From the NCBI GenBank assembly GCA_050239825.1, contig JBFXGO010000005.1, forward strand, positions 50,220-70,053: a DNA stretch of 19,834 nt, written 5' to 3'. The DNA is from a bacterium. GTDB taxonomy: Bacteria; Hydrothermota; 32-111. Below, piece by piece: positions 1-8,968 of the stretch (position 1 is the first letter of the stretch; every line of letters starts with the position of its first letter). The translations under genes were made by a program, and so were the position numbers. The notes below the pieces were generated by a model that made no database searches, was not told the DNA's origin, and saw nothing but the letters and a program-made list of their open reading frames with translations.

Positions 1-498
1 AAAATCGACAAATTCTATAGACGAAACATTTTCTGTCTTCTTAATAAGTTTAAATTCATTTTCTTTATTGATATAAAGAACTTCATCACCTGTAATTTGC
101 TTTATACTATCAAACAGTGTATCGGGTGGAAAAAATCCTCCAAAACGAATATATTCGAGTATCCGTTCTTTATTTAAATCAAAGGTTGTCAATCCCTCAT
201 GTTTTGCTAGCTGAAGTAGGCTCGTTGATATAAACTGTCTGCCAAAGTATACTTTTGAAATAGAAGAATTGTCAACAAAAGAGTATGTTTTTCCATCTTT
301 AAGATCTTTTATATGTAGAAAATAAATTCCGGATATCTCCCTAGCAAATTCATCAATCTTTCTTTTTTCAAGAGAAGATAACAACCACTGTGAAAATTGC
401 TCTGAAGGCACACCTAATTTAAATGGCAGACCCTTATAGAGAATATTATATCTTTCTGTTTTTATACTTTTAAAAACTCCATTTTCAATAAGTTTCAT
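1..498 (-). CDS. Asparagine synthase-related (AsnB-like) protein, N-terminal part; runs off the left edge
   Basis: Not in the ORF track. Hand translation from ATG at 498 gives 166 open codons (MKLIENGVFKSIKTERYNILYKG...). SGIYFLHIKDLKDGKTYSFVDNSSISKVYF and ILEYIRFGGFFPPDTLFDSIKQI resemble the AsnB amidotransferase-domain segments 'GMFAFAIWD...ARDRFGIKPLYY' and 'EYLTFGYVPAPRTIFKGIRKL'. No N-terminal catalytic Cys. Confidence 0.6.
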   Translation of the reverse strand, partial: MKLIENGVFKSIKTERYNILYKGLPFKLGVPSEQFSQWLLSSLEKRKIDEFAREISGIYFLHIKDLKDGKTYSFVDNSSISKVYFGRQFISTSLLQLAKHEGLTTFDLNKERILEYIRFGGFFPPDTLFDSIKQITGDEVLYINKENEFKLIKKTENVSSIEFVDF

Positions 499-504
499 AT
501 TATC

Positions 505-532
505 AGTATAAATATTAATTGAATTTAATCAA
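505..532 (-). promoter_or_regulatory. Sigma70-type promoter TTGATT-N16-TATACT, 6 nt upstream of the ATG at 498
   Basis: Minus strand reads TATTGATTaaattcaattaatattTATACTgataatATG; no Shine-Dalgarno. Confidence 0.55.
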
Positions 533-810
533 TAGTGTTCTTGAACAGACAATAAAATTAAAATATATAGGTCGATTAATTTATTTGCTCTGAATATCAA
601 TATATTCTAATATTTTTCTTAACATTTTTATAGAAAATTTAATCCATATAGTCTCTTCGGCACGGAAATTCGATGGAAACGAGAAATTCAAAATATTTCT
701 TTCTAATTTTTGTCCAAATATGATAATAAAAGAGATGCATTGGTTGGTATATGCGTGTCATTGAAGTTTACTAAATGCAAAGAGAGTCTTTTGAATAAAC
801 GGGTTTGAAT

Positions 811-2868
811 TTACATATTATTTTTATATAGCTTTATGATTTTTATATCGTAATCAGATAAAAGAATATTGTATTGCCCCGAATTGAGAATTTGGGAGAT
901 ATTTGAAGAATCGGAAATATGGGTTTTGTAAAAATTTGCGACTGTTTTATCATTGATGTTTTGATTAGATTCGTCAATATTGGGAGTGATATCCGCTACG
1001 AAACAATCATTCTCTTTCATAAGCATTTTTATTTTTCTTATATCGTCATCTTCAGCTTTGAAAAACAACTTTCTGGAATTCCCATTTTTCTGCATAAGCG
1101 AACTTTTGTCTATAATGAAATACATGAAAAATATATTTCCGGAAGAGTCAGATGATACTGAAGATATTCTTGATTCTTTGTCATTTATGTTAATTTTAAA
1201 TTCATCTAAATGAAGCAGGCTGTTTCTAATTCCTGTCTCCGTAATGTATTTTGAAAGATATCCCACTGTCATTTTGTTTGTATCTGAAATAAATTGCGAA
1301 AATGATTTGGACTTCGGAGAGAAATATGAATAGAAAAGCATTCCATCTGCTCCCATTATTATCGGAGCAAAGAATTTCCATCTCATTCTGATAAAATCCC
1401 TTGCAGGATGTCCTTTCGCGCTATATGCATCATTAACAAACAAAATCCTGCATTCAAGAGAATCTGATAGGTGCGACACTTTCAGAAAATTATCCACAAA
1501 CGAACGATTGTTTGTATAATCATCATAAAAAAGAAAAGAATCAGTGAAAATGGTGAATCTGTTGTTATAGTCGGAAAATTTTCCCCCATTCTCATTGTAA
1601 AAATGAACTGTCGAAAGGGTGAATGGTATTTTACCGGTTGATTTTATATAGGCGCGAATTTTATTTTGCAAAAACAAATATGTATTCTTTCTTTTTTTGG
1701 TAAGTCTGCCTGAAGGGTAGGATTCCGCCGCATATCTCCGCATCCATCTGTCGTGTAAAAAGACTTCTGACCGTTCTATTTCATCTGCAGTGTAAAAACC
1801 GAGAAGCTTTTGGGAATTGCGTGATTCTTCAAGTACTTTATCGATGGCTATCTTCAGCACATTCATCGAGAAATCATTGGGAAATGAAATGGAGATGTCT
1901 GCAATATCAGCGTCTTTAACATATATTGAAAAATCTACTATTGAATCAAGCGAATCGCCAGACAATGAAGCTAATTTCTTTATGTCAATTTCAAAAGGCC
2001 TGAAAATCGTATCGCCGAGAGAAAGATAGGCAGGATTGGAGATTATAAGATCTTCTTCGAACAAATGGCGCAAATCCGCCTGCCTGAAGCTGTCATTCCT
2101 CAATTGGATGAATCCATCCAAAAAGAAGCTGTTTTCACCCTCCCGATCAAAAGGAATATGTTTGTCCGTAGAAACGGAAGAAAAAATATTCAAATAATCC
2201 GTCCTTCCTGAGAGCACGGCCTTTATCCTGACGCAAAACCATGCTGCTCCAGAATGTTTCCTGAAAGAAAAACCGAAAATACTTCCGTGTCTGTACACAT
2301 AGGGGCTATTTGAGCTGAGCATGAGCTTTTCGGAATTGAAATCGAATGTTGCATACCAGCCTTTTAGGCTGTTATCCCTGAATGTAAGAAAAGAATATAC
2401 AGGATATTTGACATTCCTGCCCATGAAAATGCTACCTTCCGGAATATACTGACGATTCACTTCATTATGTGATTCATCAAATATCTTCACTGAAAATGTG
2501 GTCGTATCAGTATTGGCTTTGCCGTCAGGAAATGCAAAAAAGAGCCGAAACAGCGATGAGTATCTTGGAAGATCGACAATAAAATGCTTGTCAAAACCGA
2601 CTTTATCGTAGATCTCAAGAAAAGGAACGGCTTGCTTAAAATTTATCGAATCAGGCAGAATAAAACGGTTATAGACCGAATAGTTCAGAAAAAGATTATA
2701 GTATCTGCAGTAAGGGTCAATGTAGCTGTACCTATTTTCTCTTTGTCCGGTCAGAACTTTGAGGTAGTCTACATCGCTGTCCGAATACCATCCCAGAAGA
2801 AACTCGTCTTCAGAAGAGAGAAGAAGAAATGAAAGTGTGCACATAAAAGTGATAAAAATTCTGTTCAT
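811..2868 (-). CDS. Secreted hypothetical protein (685 aa); possible TIM-barrel glycoside hydrolase-like fold with an inserted beta-rich domain
   Basis: N-terminal signal peptide (MNRIFITFMCTLSFLLLS). Motifs FLLGWYS, LLGFYTADE and IIMGADGMLFYSY resemble strands of uncharacterised GH-like barrels. The ORF itself is secure; the function is inferred. Confidence 0.6.
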   Translation of the reverse strand: MNRIFITFMCTLSFLLLSSEDEFLLGWYSDSDVDYLKVLTGQRENRYSYIDPYCRYYNLFLNYSVYNRFILPDSINFKQAVPFLEIYDKVGFDKHFIVDLPRYSSLFRLFFAFPDGKANTDTTTFSVKIFDESHNEVNRQYIPEGSIFMGRNVKYPVYSFLTFRDNSLKGWYATFDFNSEKLMLSSNSPYVYRHGSIFGFSFRKHSGAAWFCVRIKAVLSGRTDYLNIFSSVSTDKHIPFDREGENSFFLDGFIQLRNDSFRQADLRHLFEEDLIISNPAYLSLGDTIFRPFEIDIKKLASLSGDSLDSIVDFSIYVKDADIADISISFPNDFSMNVLKIAIDKVLEESRNSQKLLGFYTADEIERSEVFLHDRWMRRYAAESYPSGRLTKKRKNTYLFLQNKIRAYIKSTGKIPFTLSTVHFYNENGGKFSDYNNRFTIFTDSFLFYDDYTNNRSFVDNFLKVSHLSDSLECRILFVNDAYSAKGHPARDFIRMRWKFFAPIIMGADGMLFYSYFSPKSKSFSQFISDTNKMTVGYLSKYITETGIRNSLLHLDEFKININDKESRISSVSSDSSGNIFFMYFIIDKSSLMQKNGNSRKLFFKAEDDDIRKIKMLMKENDCFVADITPNIDESNQNINDKTVANFYKTHISDSSNISQILNSGQYNILLSDYDIKIIKLYKNNM

Positions 2869-2877
2869 ATAGTTTGA

Positions 2878-2906
2878 ATTATATCAGCCATGCAGTATAA
2901 AATCAA
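2878..2906 (-). promoter_or_regulatory. Sigma70-type promoter TTGATT-N17-TATAAT with extended -10 (TGn), 9 nt upstream of the ATG at 2868
   Basis: Minus strand reads TTGATTttatactgcatggcTGaTATAATtcaaactatATG. Confidence 0.65.
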
Positions 2907-2941
2907 TCATATTAATTCTGCCGATGGACATACATTATTCA

Positions 2942-2970
2942 TTGACAAATATATATATATAATATATACT
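2942..2970 (+). promoter_or_regulatory. Near-consensus sigma70 promoter TTGACA-N17-TATACT for the polysaccharide export operon
   Basis: TTGACA 2942-2947, TATACT 2965-2970, RBS AGGAG 2984-2988, ATG 2994. Confidence 0.75.
2949..2961. repeat. (AT)6A dinucleotide tract in the promoter spacer
   Basis: Read directly: ATATATATATATA between the -35 and -10 hexamers. Confidence 0.85.
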
Positions 2971-2993
2971 TAAAAGTTAAAATAGGAGAATTA

Positions 2994-3863
2994 ATGACAA
3001 GAAAAATCTTTCTAATTTTAACGGCTTTATTTATATGCGTCTTTTCATATACGCAGGATTTTACGCTTTCGAACGGAGATGAAATAAAAATCACCATTCT
3101 TTCAGACTTCGAAGGACTCGAATTTCGCACATCAATAAACAAAAATGGAAATCTTTTTCTTTACAAAACAAAACAAGATTATGCCAATACGGCTTTTGAC
3201 ATGAAACTTGACCAAAATCTTCAGAACGAAGCCAATCTCGTTGCCTTTGAAAAGATTCATGCAGAGGGAATAACGGTTGAGGAACTGAAACTGAAAATTG
3301 CAGAGGTATATGATAAGGTTCTTGTGGTTAAGGATATTGAAATTGAACTTTTAAATGTAAAAGAAAGAGTATATTTCGATTTTGGCGACCAGATCGCATA
3401 CAGAAGATTTGTACTGCACAAAACCTATAGGGAAATTCTCGGAGAGTTCCAGTCCGGAATAAATCTCTCTACGGATTCAATATACGTAAGGAACGGCACT
3501 TCGGTTTCTCTTAAATCAATTGACGACACTTTGGTTCTGGGCGATTACATTTACATAAAGAAAGATATTGTTTTTGTCACAGGTGAAATAAAATATCCGA
3601 AGGCGCTTCCGTATAATCCAAACTTCGCCGCCAGAGATTACATTGCCCTCAGTGGTGGGATCACGCACTATGGATCTTTCCTTGGCATAAGAGTCAAAGA
3701 AGAAAACGGAAAACTCAAAAGTATAAACTCTAGAATAATGCCTGGAGACGAAATATACATACCGGCAAACTATCTGGCGTATATCAGGGATTTCAACACT
3801 ATTCTGCAGATTGTAGCAAATGTTGTGACATCCCTTATAGTAAACAAAATCATCAATTTTTAA
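2994..3863 (+). CDS. Polysaccharide export protein, Wza/OPX family (Poly_export plus SLBB domains)
   Basis: Signal peptide; LSNGDEIKI and IHAEGITVEELK (Poly_export-like); VFVTGEIKYP...YIALSGGIT...IMPGDEIYIP (SLBB); C-terminal amphipathic helix; first gene of a polysaccharide operon. Confidence 0.8.
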   Translation: MTRKIFLILTALFICVFSYTQDFTLSNGDEIKITILSDFEGLEFRTSINKNGNLFLYKTKQDYANTAFDMKLDQNLQNEANLVAFEKIHAEGITVEELKLKIAEVYDKVLVVKDIEIELLNVKERVYFDFGDQIAYRRFVLHKTYREILGEFQSGINLSTDSIYVRNGTSVSLKSIDDTLVLGDYIYIKKDIVFVTGEIKYPKALPYNPNFAARDYIALSGGITHYGSFLGIRVKEENGKLKSINSRIMPGDEIYIPANYLAYIRDFNTILQIVANVVTSLIVNKIINF

Positions 3864-3874
3864 ACGGAGCAGAA

Positions 3875-4948
3875 GTGAACTTTACTTACGGTCAGATTTA
3901 TGATTCACTGAAGAGGAACATCAGATTTATTGCATTGATAACCGCCATATGCGTTGTTTTGGGTCTTCTTCTTTCATTCGTCATTCCCAAGAAGTACAAA
4001 TCATCAGGATCTTTTTATATAGTGAACTCGTCAATGAGCTCCGGAGGCGCTGATATTCTTAAGGGGCTTATATCGGATGGCGGTTTTTCCGAAACAAGAA
4101 TATACATAGAAAATCTCATTCAGACGAGATTCATCATGGACAACATAATTGAGAAAACTTCACTAATGGAGAAGAAAAATATAGGAAAAAGATTTATGGC
4201 GTATGAGTGGCTGAAAGCGAATGTGACAGTCAGTCCGCTGAAAGACGGAATGATACTTATAAATGCGATTGACAATGATCCGGAGTTTGCCACACATATA
4301 GTTAATAGCTATCTTGATGTAATAGACTCATTTTACAAACAGAGCGAGGTCTTTCTCGCCAGAAACTACAGAAAGTACCTTGAGCTAAGAGAAAGAGAGC
4401 TTTTCATTGCGATGAATTCCTATCTTGACAGCCTTAAAGCATTTCAGAAGAGGGAAAACCTCGTTTATCCTGAAATCGAATATCAAGCCTATTACACAAA
4501 CATAATAATGCCTCTGAAACAGGAGCTGACAAATCAGCTCATAAACAAGGAAAAATCTCTGATGGTGGCGAATGACAAGGTGTCATCAGAGCAGTTTGAA
4601 AGGGAATATAGAATCACAGAGAGCGTTATAGAAAGCCTATATGAAGGTAGCGGATCCGGCAGAACTTCTCTCACAAAACTTCCCGCTAAAATCAAAGAGT
4701 ACGCCGCTTTGAAAATACAGTCTGACATCTCAATATCTCTTTATTCTACAGTAAAGGCGGAGCTTGAAAAGGCTGTTATGAACGAAAAGAATAATGTTCC
4801 CTCAATATTTATTATTGATGAAGGAGTGATTCCAGAGACGCATTTTTTCCCGAAAAAGAGGGATGGGCTCATTCTCGGATTCTTAATTGGGCTTATACTT
4901 TCGTCAGGATACACCTTATACAGAGAAGACAAAAAGAAGAATGCTTAA
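3875..4948 (+). CDS. Polysaccharide co-polymerase / chain-length determinant (Wzz or Wzc N-terminal-like, no kinase domain)
   Basis: GTG start with GGAG RBS; N-terminal TM followed by PKKYKS; long coiled coil; IIDEGVIPETHFFPKK Pro-rich motif before the C-terminal TM. Confidence 0.85.
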   Translation: MNFTYGQIYDSLKRNIRFIALITAICVVLGLLLSFVIPKKYKSSGSFYIVNSSMSSGGADILKGLISDGGFSETRIYIENLIQTRFIMDNIIEKTSLMEKKNIGKRFMAYEWLKANVTVSPLKDGMILINAIDNDPEFATHIVNSYLDVIDSFYKQSEVFLARNYRKYLELRERELFIAMNSYLDSLKAFQKRENLVYPEIEYQAYYTNIIMPLKQELTNQLINKEKSLMVANDKVSSEQFEREYRITESVIESLYEGSGSGRTSLTKLPAKIKEYAALKIQSDISISLYSTVKAELEKAVMNEKNNVPSIFIIDEGVIPETHFFPKKRDGLILGFLIGLILSSGYTLYREDKKKNA

Positions 4949-6308
4949 AGGCGGCCGTTTCTACGAGTCTGCATTAATAATACTGCTTTCAGTTCTGTTG
5001 AGCGCTCTTGTATTTTTCTATAGTAGAGTCTTTCTCTATACATCTATATTTGTTTTGCTGGGAATTCTCTTACTATACTTTTATGTAAAAATACGTAATT
5101 TTCTGCTGATTTATCTTTTTGTAATAATGGTCTTTCCCCTCTCCATTTATGCAAAGCCTCCCATTTCTTACGGAATTAATGATTATCACATAATAGGCGG
5201 ATACATTCTTCTTTTGGTGATTTTTGCGTTCAAAGTCTTTTTTACCAGTTCGGATATAAGGAAGCAAAGGCAAAGGATCCCCATCTCTTTCATTTTCCTT
5301 GAGTCAATAGTCATAATCTTCACCGTAGTAGGCTTTTTGAAGGGATTCAAATCAGAATGGCTCCTGCGTGAGTCATTCTATCTCTCGATTTATTTCTTAA
5401 CATACTTCCTTGTAGATTTCTCATCCGTAAAAGACTTTGTTTCAAAATTTGAGAAAATAATATTTATTGCCTCCGTGATCATACTGATAGAGTACTGCCT
5501 GAGATATTATTGGCTCTTTACGCACTTTGATCTCAGACGGGTGGTTTCACAGCAGGCGAACATAGCTCTTTTTGCATTTCCGCTCGCCTTTTTTGCTCTC
5601 TTTTCGCAGCAATCGGCAATGGAGAGATTCATAAGAATTACAGCAGTGCTGTCATGCATGCTGTTAGCAATACTCTCATTGCAGAGAAGCCTTTGGCTTA
5701 TTATGTTTGCAGACATCATTCTGGGATTTGCCTACTTTTTATTCAGTCTGGGAGTCAACAAGGAGACTGCAAAGAAAATAATAGTCATTCTGCTTATCAT
5801 AGCTCTTCTGACGACGATTGTCATGACTGTGATGAACAAGTATTTTGATATTGTCAAGTTGCTCAGGAGTAGACTTAGGACTCTTACGGAGGAGAATCTT
5901 ACCGAAGATAAGGCTTTGAATGTCAGGGCTGAGGATTTTGCGGAAGTGAAGCGGATGATACAACGGGATTCATTCCTCGGTGCTGGACTCGGAGCTCCGA
6001 TATTTCAGAAGAACACAGGTCTGCACAAGGAGGTAATAGACAACTCCTATGCGGTTTTGATATTCAAAATCGGAATACTCGGACTGGCGATGCTTCTTCT
6101 GATATATTTTGGCGCTATAAAAGATTCCCTGTCAATTCTCTTGGTCAGAAAGACTGAATACCTCTATTTTGCCATTCCCGTCGGGTTGATCAATTATCTG
6201 GTCATCAGCGCATCATCTTCTGCGATGTTCTTTTACAGATTCAATGTGTTGGCCGGAATATTTATTGTCCTTGTATTGAAGAGCGTTACTGAAGGAAAGT
6301 GTAAATGA
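4941..6308 (+). CDS. O-antigen ligase/polymerase family membrane protein (Wzy/WaaL-like)
   Basis: Polytopic membrane protein with ILSLQRSLW, FLGAGLG and DNSYAVLIFKIGILGL (Wzy_C-like). The likely start is ATG 4941, overlapping the upstream stop, rather than 4887. Confidence 0.8.
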   Translation: MLKGGRFYESALIILLSVLLSALVFFYSRVFLYTSIFVLLGILLLYFYVKIRNFLLIYLFVIMVFPLSIYAKPPISYGINDYHIIGGYILLLVIFAFKVFFTSSDIRKQRQRIPISFIFLESIVIIFTVVGFLKGFKSEWLLRESFYLSIYFLTYFLVDFSSVKDFVSKFEKIIFIASVIILIEYCLRYYWLFTHFDLRRVVSQQANIALFAFPLAFFALFSQQSAMERFIRITAVLSCMLLAILSLQRSLWLIMFADIILGFAYFLFSLGVNKETAKKIIVILLIIALLTTIVMTVMNKYFDIVKLLRSRLRTLTEENLTEDKALNVRAEDFAEVKRMIQRDSFLGAGLGAPIFQKNTGLHKEVIDNSYAVLIFKIGILGLAMLLLIYFGAIKDSLSILLVRKTEYLYFAIPVGLINYLVISASSSAMFFYRFNVLAGIFIVLVLKSVTEGKCK

Positions 6309-7729
6309 GCAGAATCATCAGACACTCCATGATTTTCGGAACAGGTAACATCATATCCAGATCCATTGCAATACTTCTTGTGCCAATCTATACGCGAAAT
6401 ATGACTGTGACAGAGTTCGGAGTTTTCTCAGCAGGCCTCACTCTTTACACCGTGCTTAACATAATAATGAGAGGCGGCGCTCCCGCTGTGATGCTTAAGC
6501 TTTATGTTGAAGACAGAGAGAGCAGAGGGCAGGTCGTATTTATGACATATCTCTATACTTTTACGGTTGCCTGTCTGACAGTGGCTATCTCTCTTCTTCT
6601 CTCCGGCAATTTTTTTAAGTGGCTTATTGGAGCGGACAGCCTTCTTACTTATATCATAATAATCGGTTCGGCATTTGCAGAAGCAATGATTGAAGTGCCT
6701 ATGAATATTTTTAGGGCAAAAGAGCAGTCGAGGTTATTTGCTGTTTTCTCAGTGATAAGTTCTGTACTTACTCTGGTATTATCATATATTTTTATATCAA
6801 TTATGAAAATGCGCATAAACGGGGCATTCCTAGCAATGCTTCTGGCGAAGGGCATTGTTTTTGCGGCATCGTCTGTGTTTCTGATACATGATTTCACCTG
6901 GACATTCAGCAAGAAAATCTCAGATGAGATAATGCGGCTCGGAACCCCAATCGTTGTCTCCGGACTATCGCTGTGGATAGTAAATATGTCAGACAGGCTT
7001 ATTATTACAAGCATAAGAGGAGCATATGAAGCGGGTCTCTATTCCCTCGGAAACCGGATAGGAACCATGCTGAACATTCTTATCCTGACCCCATTCTCTC
7101 TTGTCTGGGGAGTCGAGAGTCTCAGGATTTATTATAAATCTGAGAACAGAGACGGACGCTTTGCCTCTCTGTTTTTGAAAATAACGGGCGTATGCATAAT
7201 GGCTGGAATATTTCTTTCGGTTTTCGCAAGAGAACTAGTCATGCTTTTTGCGACCGGCGAATACATGAAATCGGTGATAATTGTTTCTGTGATTGCCCTT
7301 TCCAACATACTCTACATAATGTACTATTTTCACACTTTCTATTTCATGATTATCAAAAAAACCTATATACTCACTCTGATAGTTGCTCTGGCGGCTGCCG
7401 TGAATGTAGTGCTCAATATAATGCTTTTAAGATACTTTGACTATAGAATTGTAAGCGTGACGAATCTTTTTGCAACGCTCTTGATATATCTGGCCATTAT
7501 CATAACGACTTCGAAAGAGCTTTCTTTCAACCACAGCTACGGAAAAATCTCAATTGGATTCCTCTGTTTCGCATGCGCATCCGGAGTAGGCCTTATCGAG
7601 AATATAGCATTCCCGATAGCTGTAAAATCTGCTGTTGTAATTTTGCTGTTCTTCGTGACAATGAAAATCTTCGGAATTGATTCAGTGGTTTATACGGTGC
7701 TGAGAAAAATCAGAATTTTAAAGAGATGA
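6305..7729 (+). CDS. wzx: Oligosaccharide flippase, Wzx family
   Basis: ILLVPIYTRNMTVTEFGV and SDRLIITSIRGAYEAGLYSLG are typical Wzx/Polysacc_synt motifs; many TM helices; ATGA overlap with the upstream gene. Confidence 0.88.
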   Translation: MSRIIRHSMIFGTGNIISRSIAILLVPIYTRNMTVTEFGVFSAGLTLYTVLNIIMRGGAPAVMLKLYVEDRESRGQVVFMTYLYTFTVACLTVAISLLLSGNFFKWLIGADSLLTYIIIIGSAFAEAMIEVPMNIFRAKEQSRLFAVFSVISSVLTLVLSYIFISIMKMRINGAFLAMLLAKGIVFAASSVFLIHDFTWTFSKKISDEIMRLGTPIVVSGLSLWIVNMSDRLIITSIRGAYEAGLYSLGNRIGTMLNILILTPFSLVWGVESLRIYYKSENRDGRFASLFLKITGVCIMAGIFLSVFARELVMLFATGEYMKSVIIVSVIALSNILYIMYYFHTFYFMIIKKTYILTLIVALAAAVNVVLNIMLLRYFDYRIVSVTNLFATLLIYLAIIITTSKELSFNHSYGKISIGFLCFACASGVGLIENIAFPIAVKSAVVILLFFVTMKIFGIDSVVYTVLRKIRILKR

Positions 7730-8968
7730 TCCCTTCCACCTCTTTTCGACGAAAGCAACATATATAATGCTTTTCAGCTCAGCAGGAAGGGGAGTGCGGG
7801 AAAGAATAATTTTTCCAAGCTGAATCTGGTCTCCACTTCTTTTTTTAATGTAGTTCCTGCATTTTTCTTTAATCGCTTTATCATGAATAAGAATCCTGCT
7901 CTCTGAGAATATTTCATTAACTCTTTCGCATCGGTCTTCCCAGTTCAGGTTCTTCTCCGCATATGTTCTGGCAGATGCCTTCATTTCAGACATCTTTGTG
8001 AAATTGTCGGCGTAGAACTTCATTTGCTCGGCAAGCGAAGAAACATCAGCCTCTGATTGTGGCCAATAGTAACCGTCAGGCCGTCCGGTAAATCTTGAGA
8101 CCCTGATCTTTTTCCCTGATTCGTCTCCTGTTACGAATTCATTCATGGGAGGAAAGTCTGTTACTATGACGGGAAGACCGCTCATCATAGCCTCTGCTAT
8201 TGTAAGCCCGATTCCTTCAAGTCTTGAAGGATATATGTAGACATCACCTAAAAAATAAAGTCCCGGCGGCGGAACCGTTTTTTCTATAACCTCTATACTC
8301 GGATTGTCAAGCATGGATGTTATTGCTTTATCCTCAAAATGCAGTTTCTTCTGCGAATGTATTACGAATCGAGAGTTTTTATCGTTAAGCAGTGTGAATG
8401 CTCTGACGGCGATATCCGTACCTTTTCTCACAGGATTCAATCCTGCGGAATGAAAAAAGACAGGACCACTTTTTCCTGAAACTTTTCCGTCATATCTGAA
8501 CATCTTTGAATCAGTGCCCCATGGCACATAATATGCTTGAGGATGCCAGTCGAATGCCGAAAAGTGTCTTTTGGTGTTGCAGATGAGGAAATCATAAAGA
8601 GCGAATATCGGCATTGTCTCTTCGGTATAATAATCTACATATGCTCCGAGCTTGACTTCAGGCATCTTTTCCTTCATCCAGAGTATAATGTCCAGAGATA
8701 TCTGCTCGTTGAAAAAAACCGCCTCCAGAGAATGGCGCATAATCCATTTTTTGAAATGCGTAGGATGTATGTAATCTCTGGAATATGACGGAAGCCTCAG
8801 TCCGTAAGTCACCAAATTATTTTTCCATTTACTGTCAGATTTTTCGTAATGGGCTCCTCCTCTTGCATAAACGAAAACCGAATTCTTCTTGCAAAGCGAG
8901 GTTATATACTGCATGGAGACATTGCCAGCTCCCCTCTCAAACCACGGTGTGACTATTCCTATGTTCAA
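7718..8968 (-). CDS. Glycosyltransferase family 4 (GT-B)
   Basis: DVYIYPSRLEGIGLTIAEAMMSGLPVIVTD carries the E-X7-E motif; RKG motif present; TTG start overlapping the wecB stop (TTGA). Confidence 0.9.
   Translation of the reverse strand: MNIGIVTPWFERGAGNVSMQYITSLCKKNSVFVYARGGAHYEKSDSKWKNNLVTYGLRLPSYSRDYIHPTHFKKWIMRHSLEAVFFNEQISLDIILWMKEKMPEVKLGAYVDYYTEETMPIFALYDFLICNTKRHFSAFDWHPQAYYVPWGTDSKMFRYDGKVSGKSGPVFFHSAGLNPVRKGTDIAVRAFTLLNDKNSRFVIHSQKKLHFEDKAITSMLDNPSIEVIEKTVPPPGLYFLGDVYIYPSRLEGIGLTIAEAMMSGLPVIVTDFPPMNEFVTGDESGKKIRVSRFTGRPDGYYWPQSEADVSSLAEQMKFYADNFTKMSEMKASARTYAEKNLNWEDRCERVNEIFSESRILIHDKAIKEKCRNYIKKRSGDQIQLGKIILSRTPLPAELKSIIYVAFVEKRWKGSSL

Noticed and set aside
533..810. Long AT-rich gap as an ncRNA, riboswitch or pseudogene; an in-frame 35-codon stretch follows the TAA at 811
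   Set aside because: No recognisable RNA motif, strong hairpin or protein similarity, and TAA read-through is unsupported.
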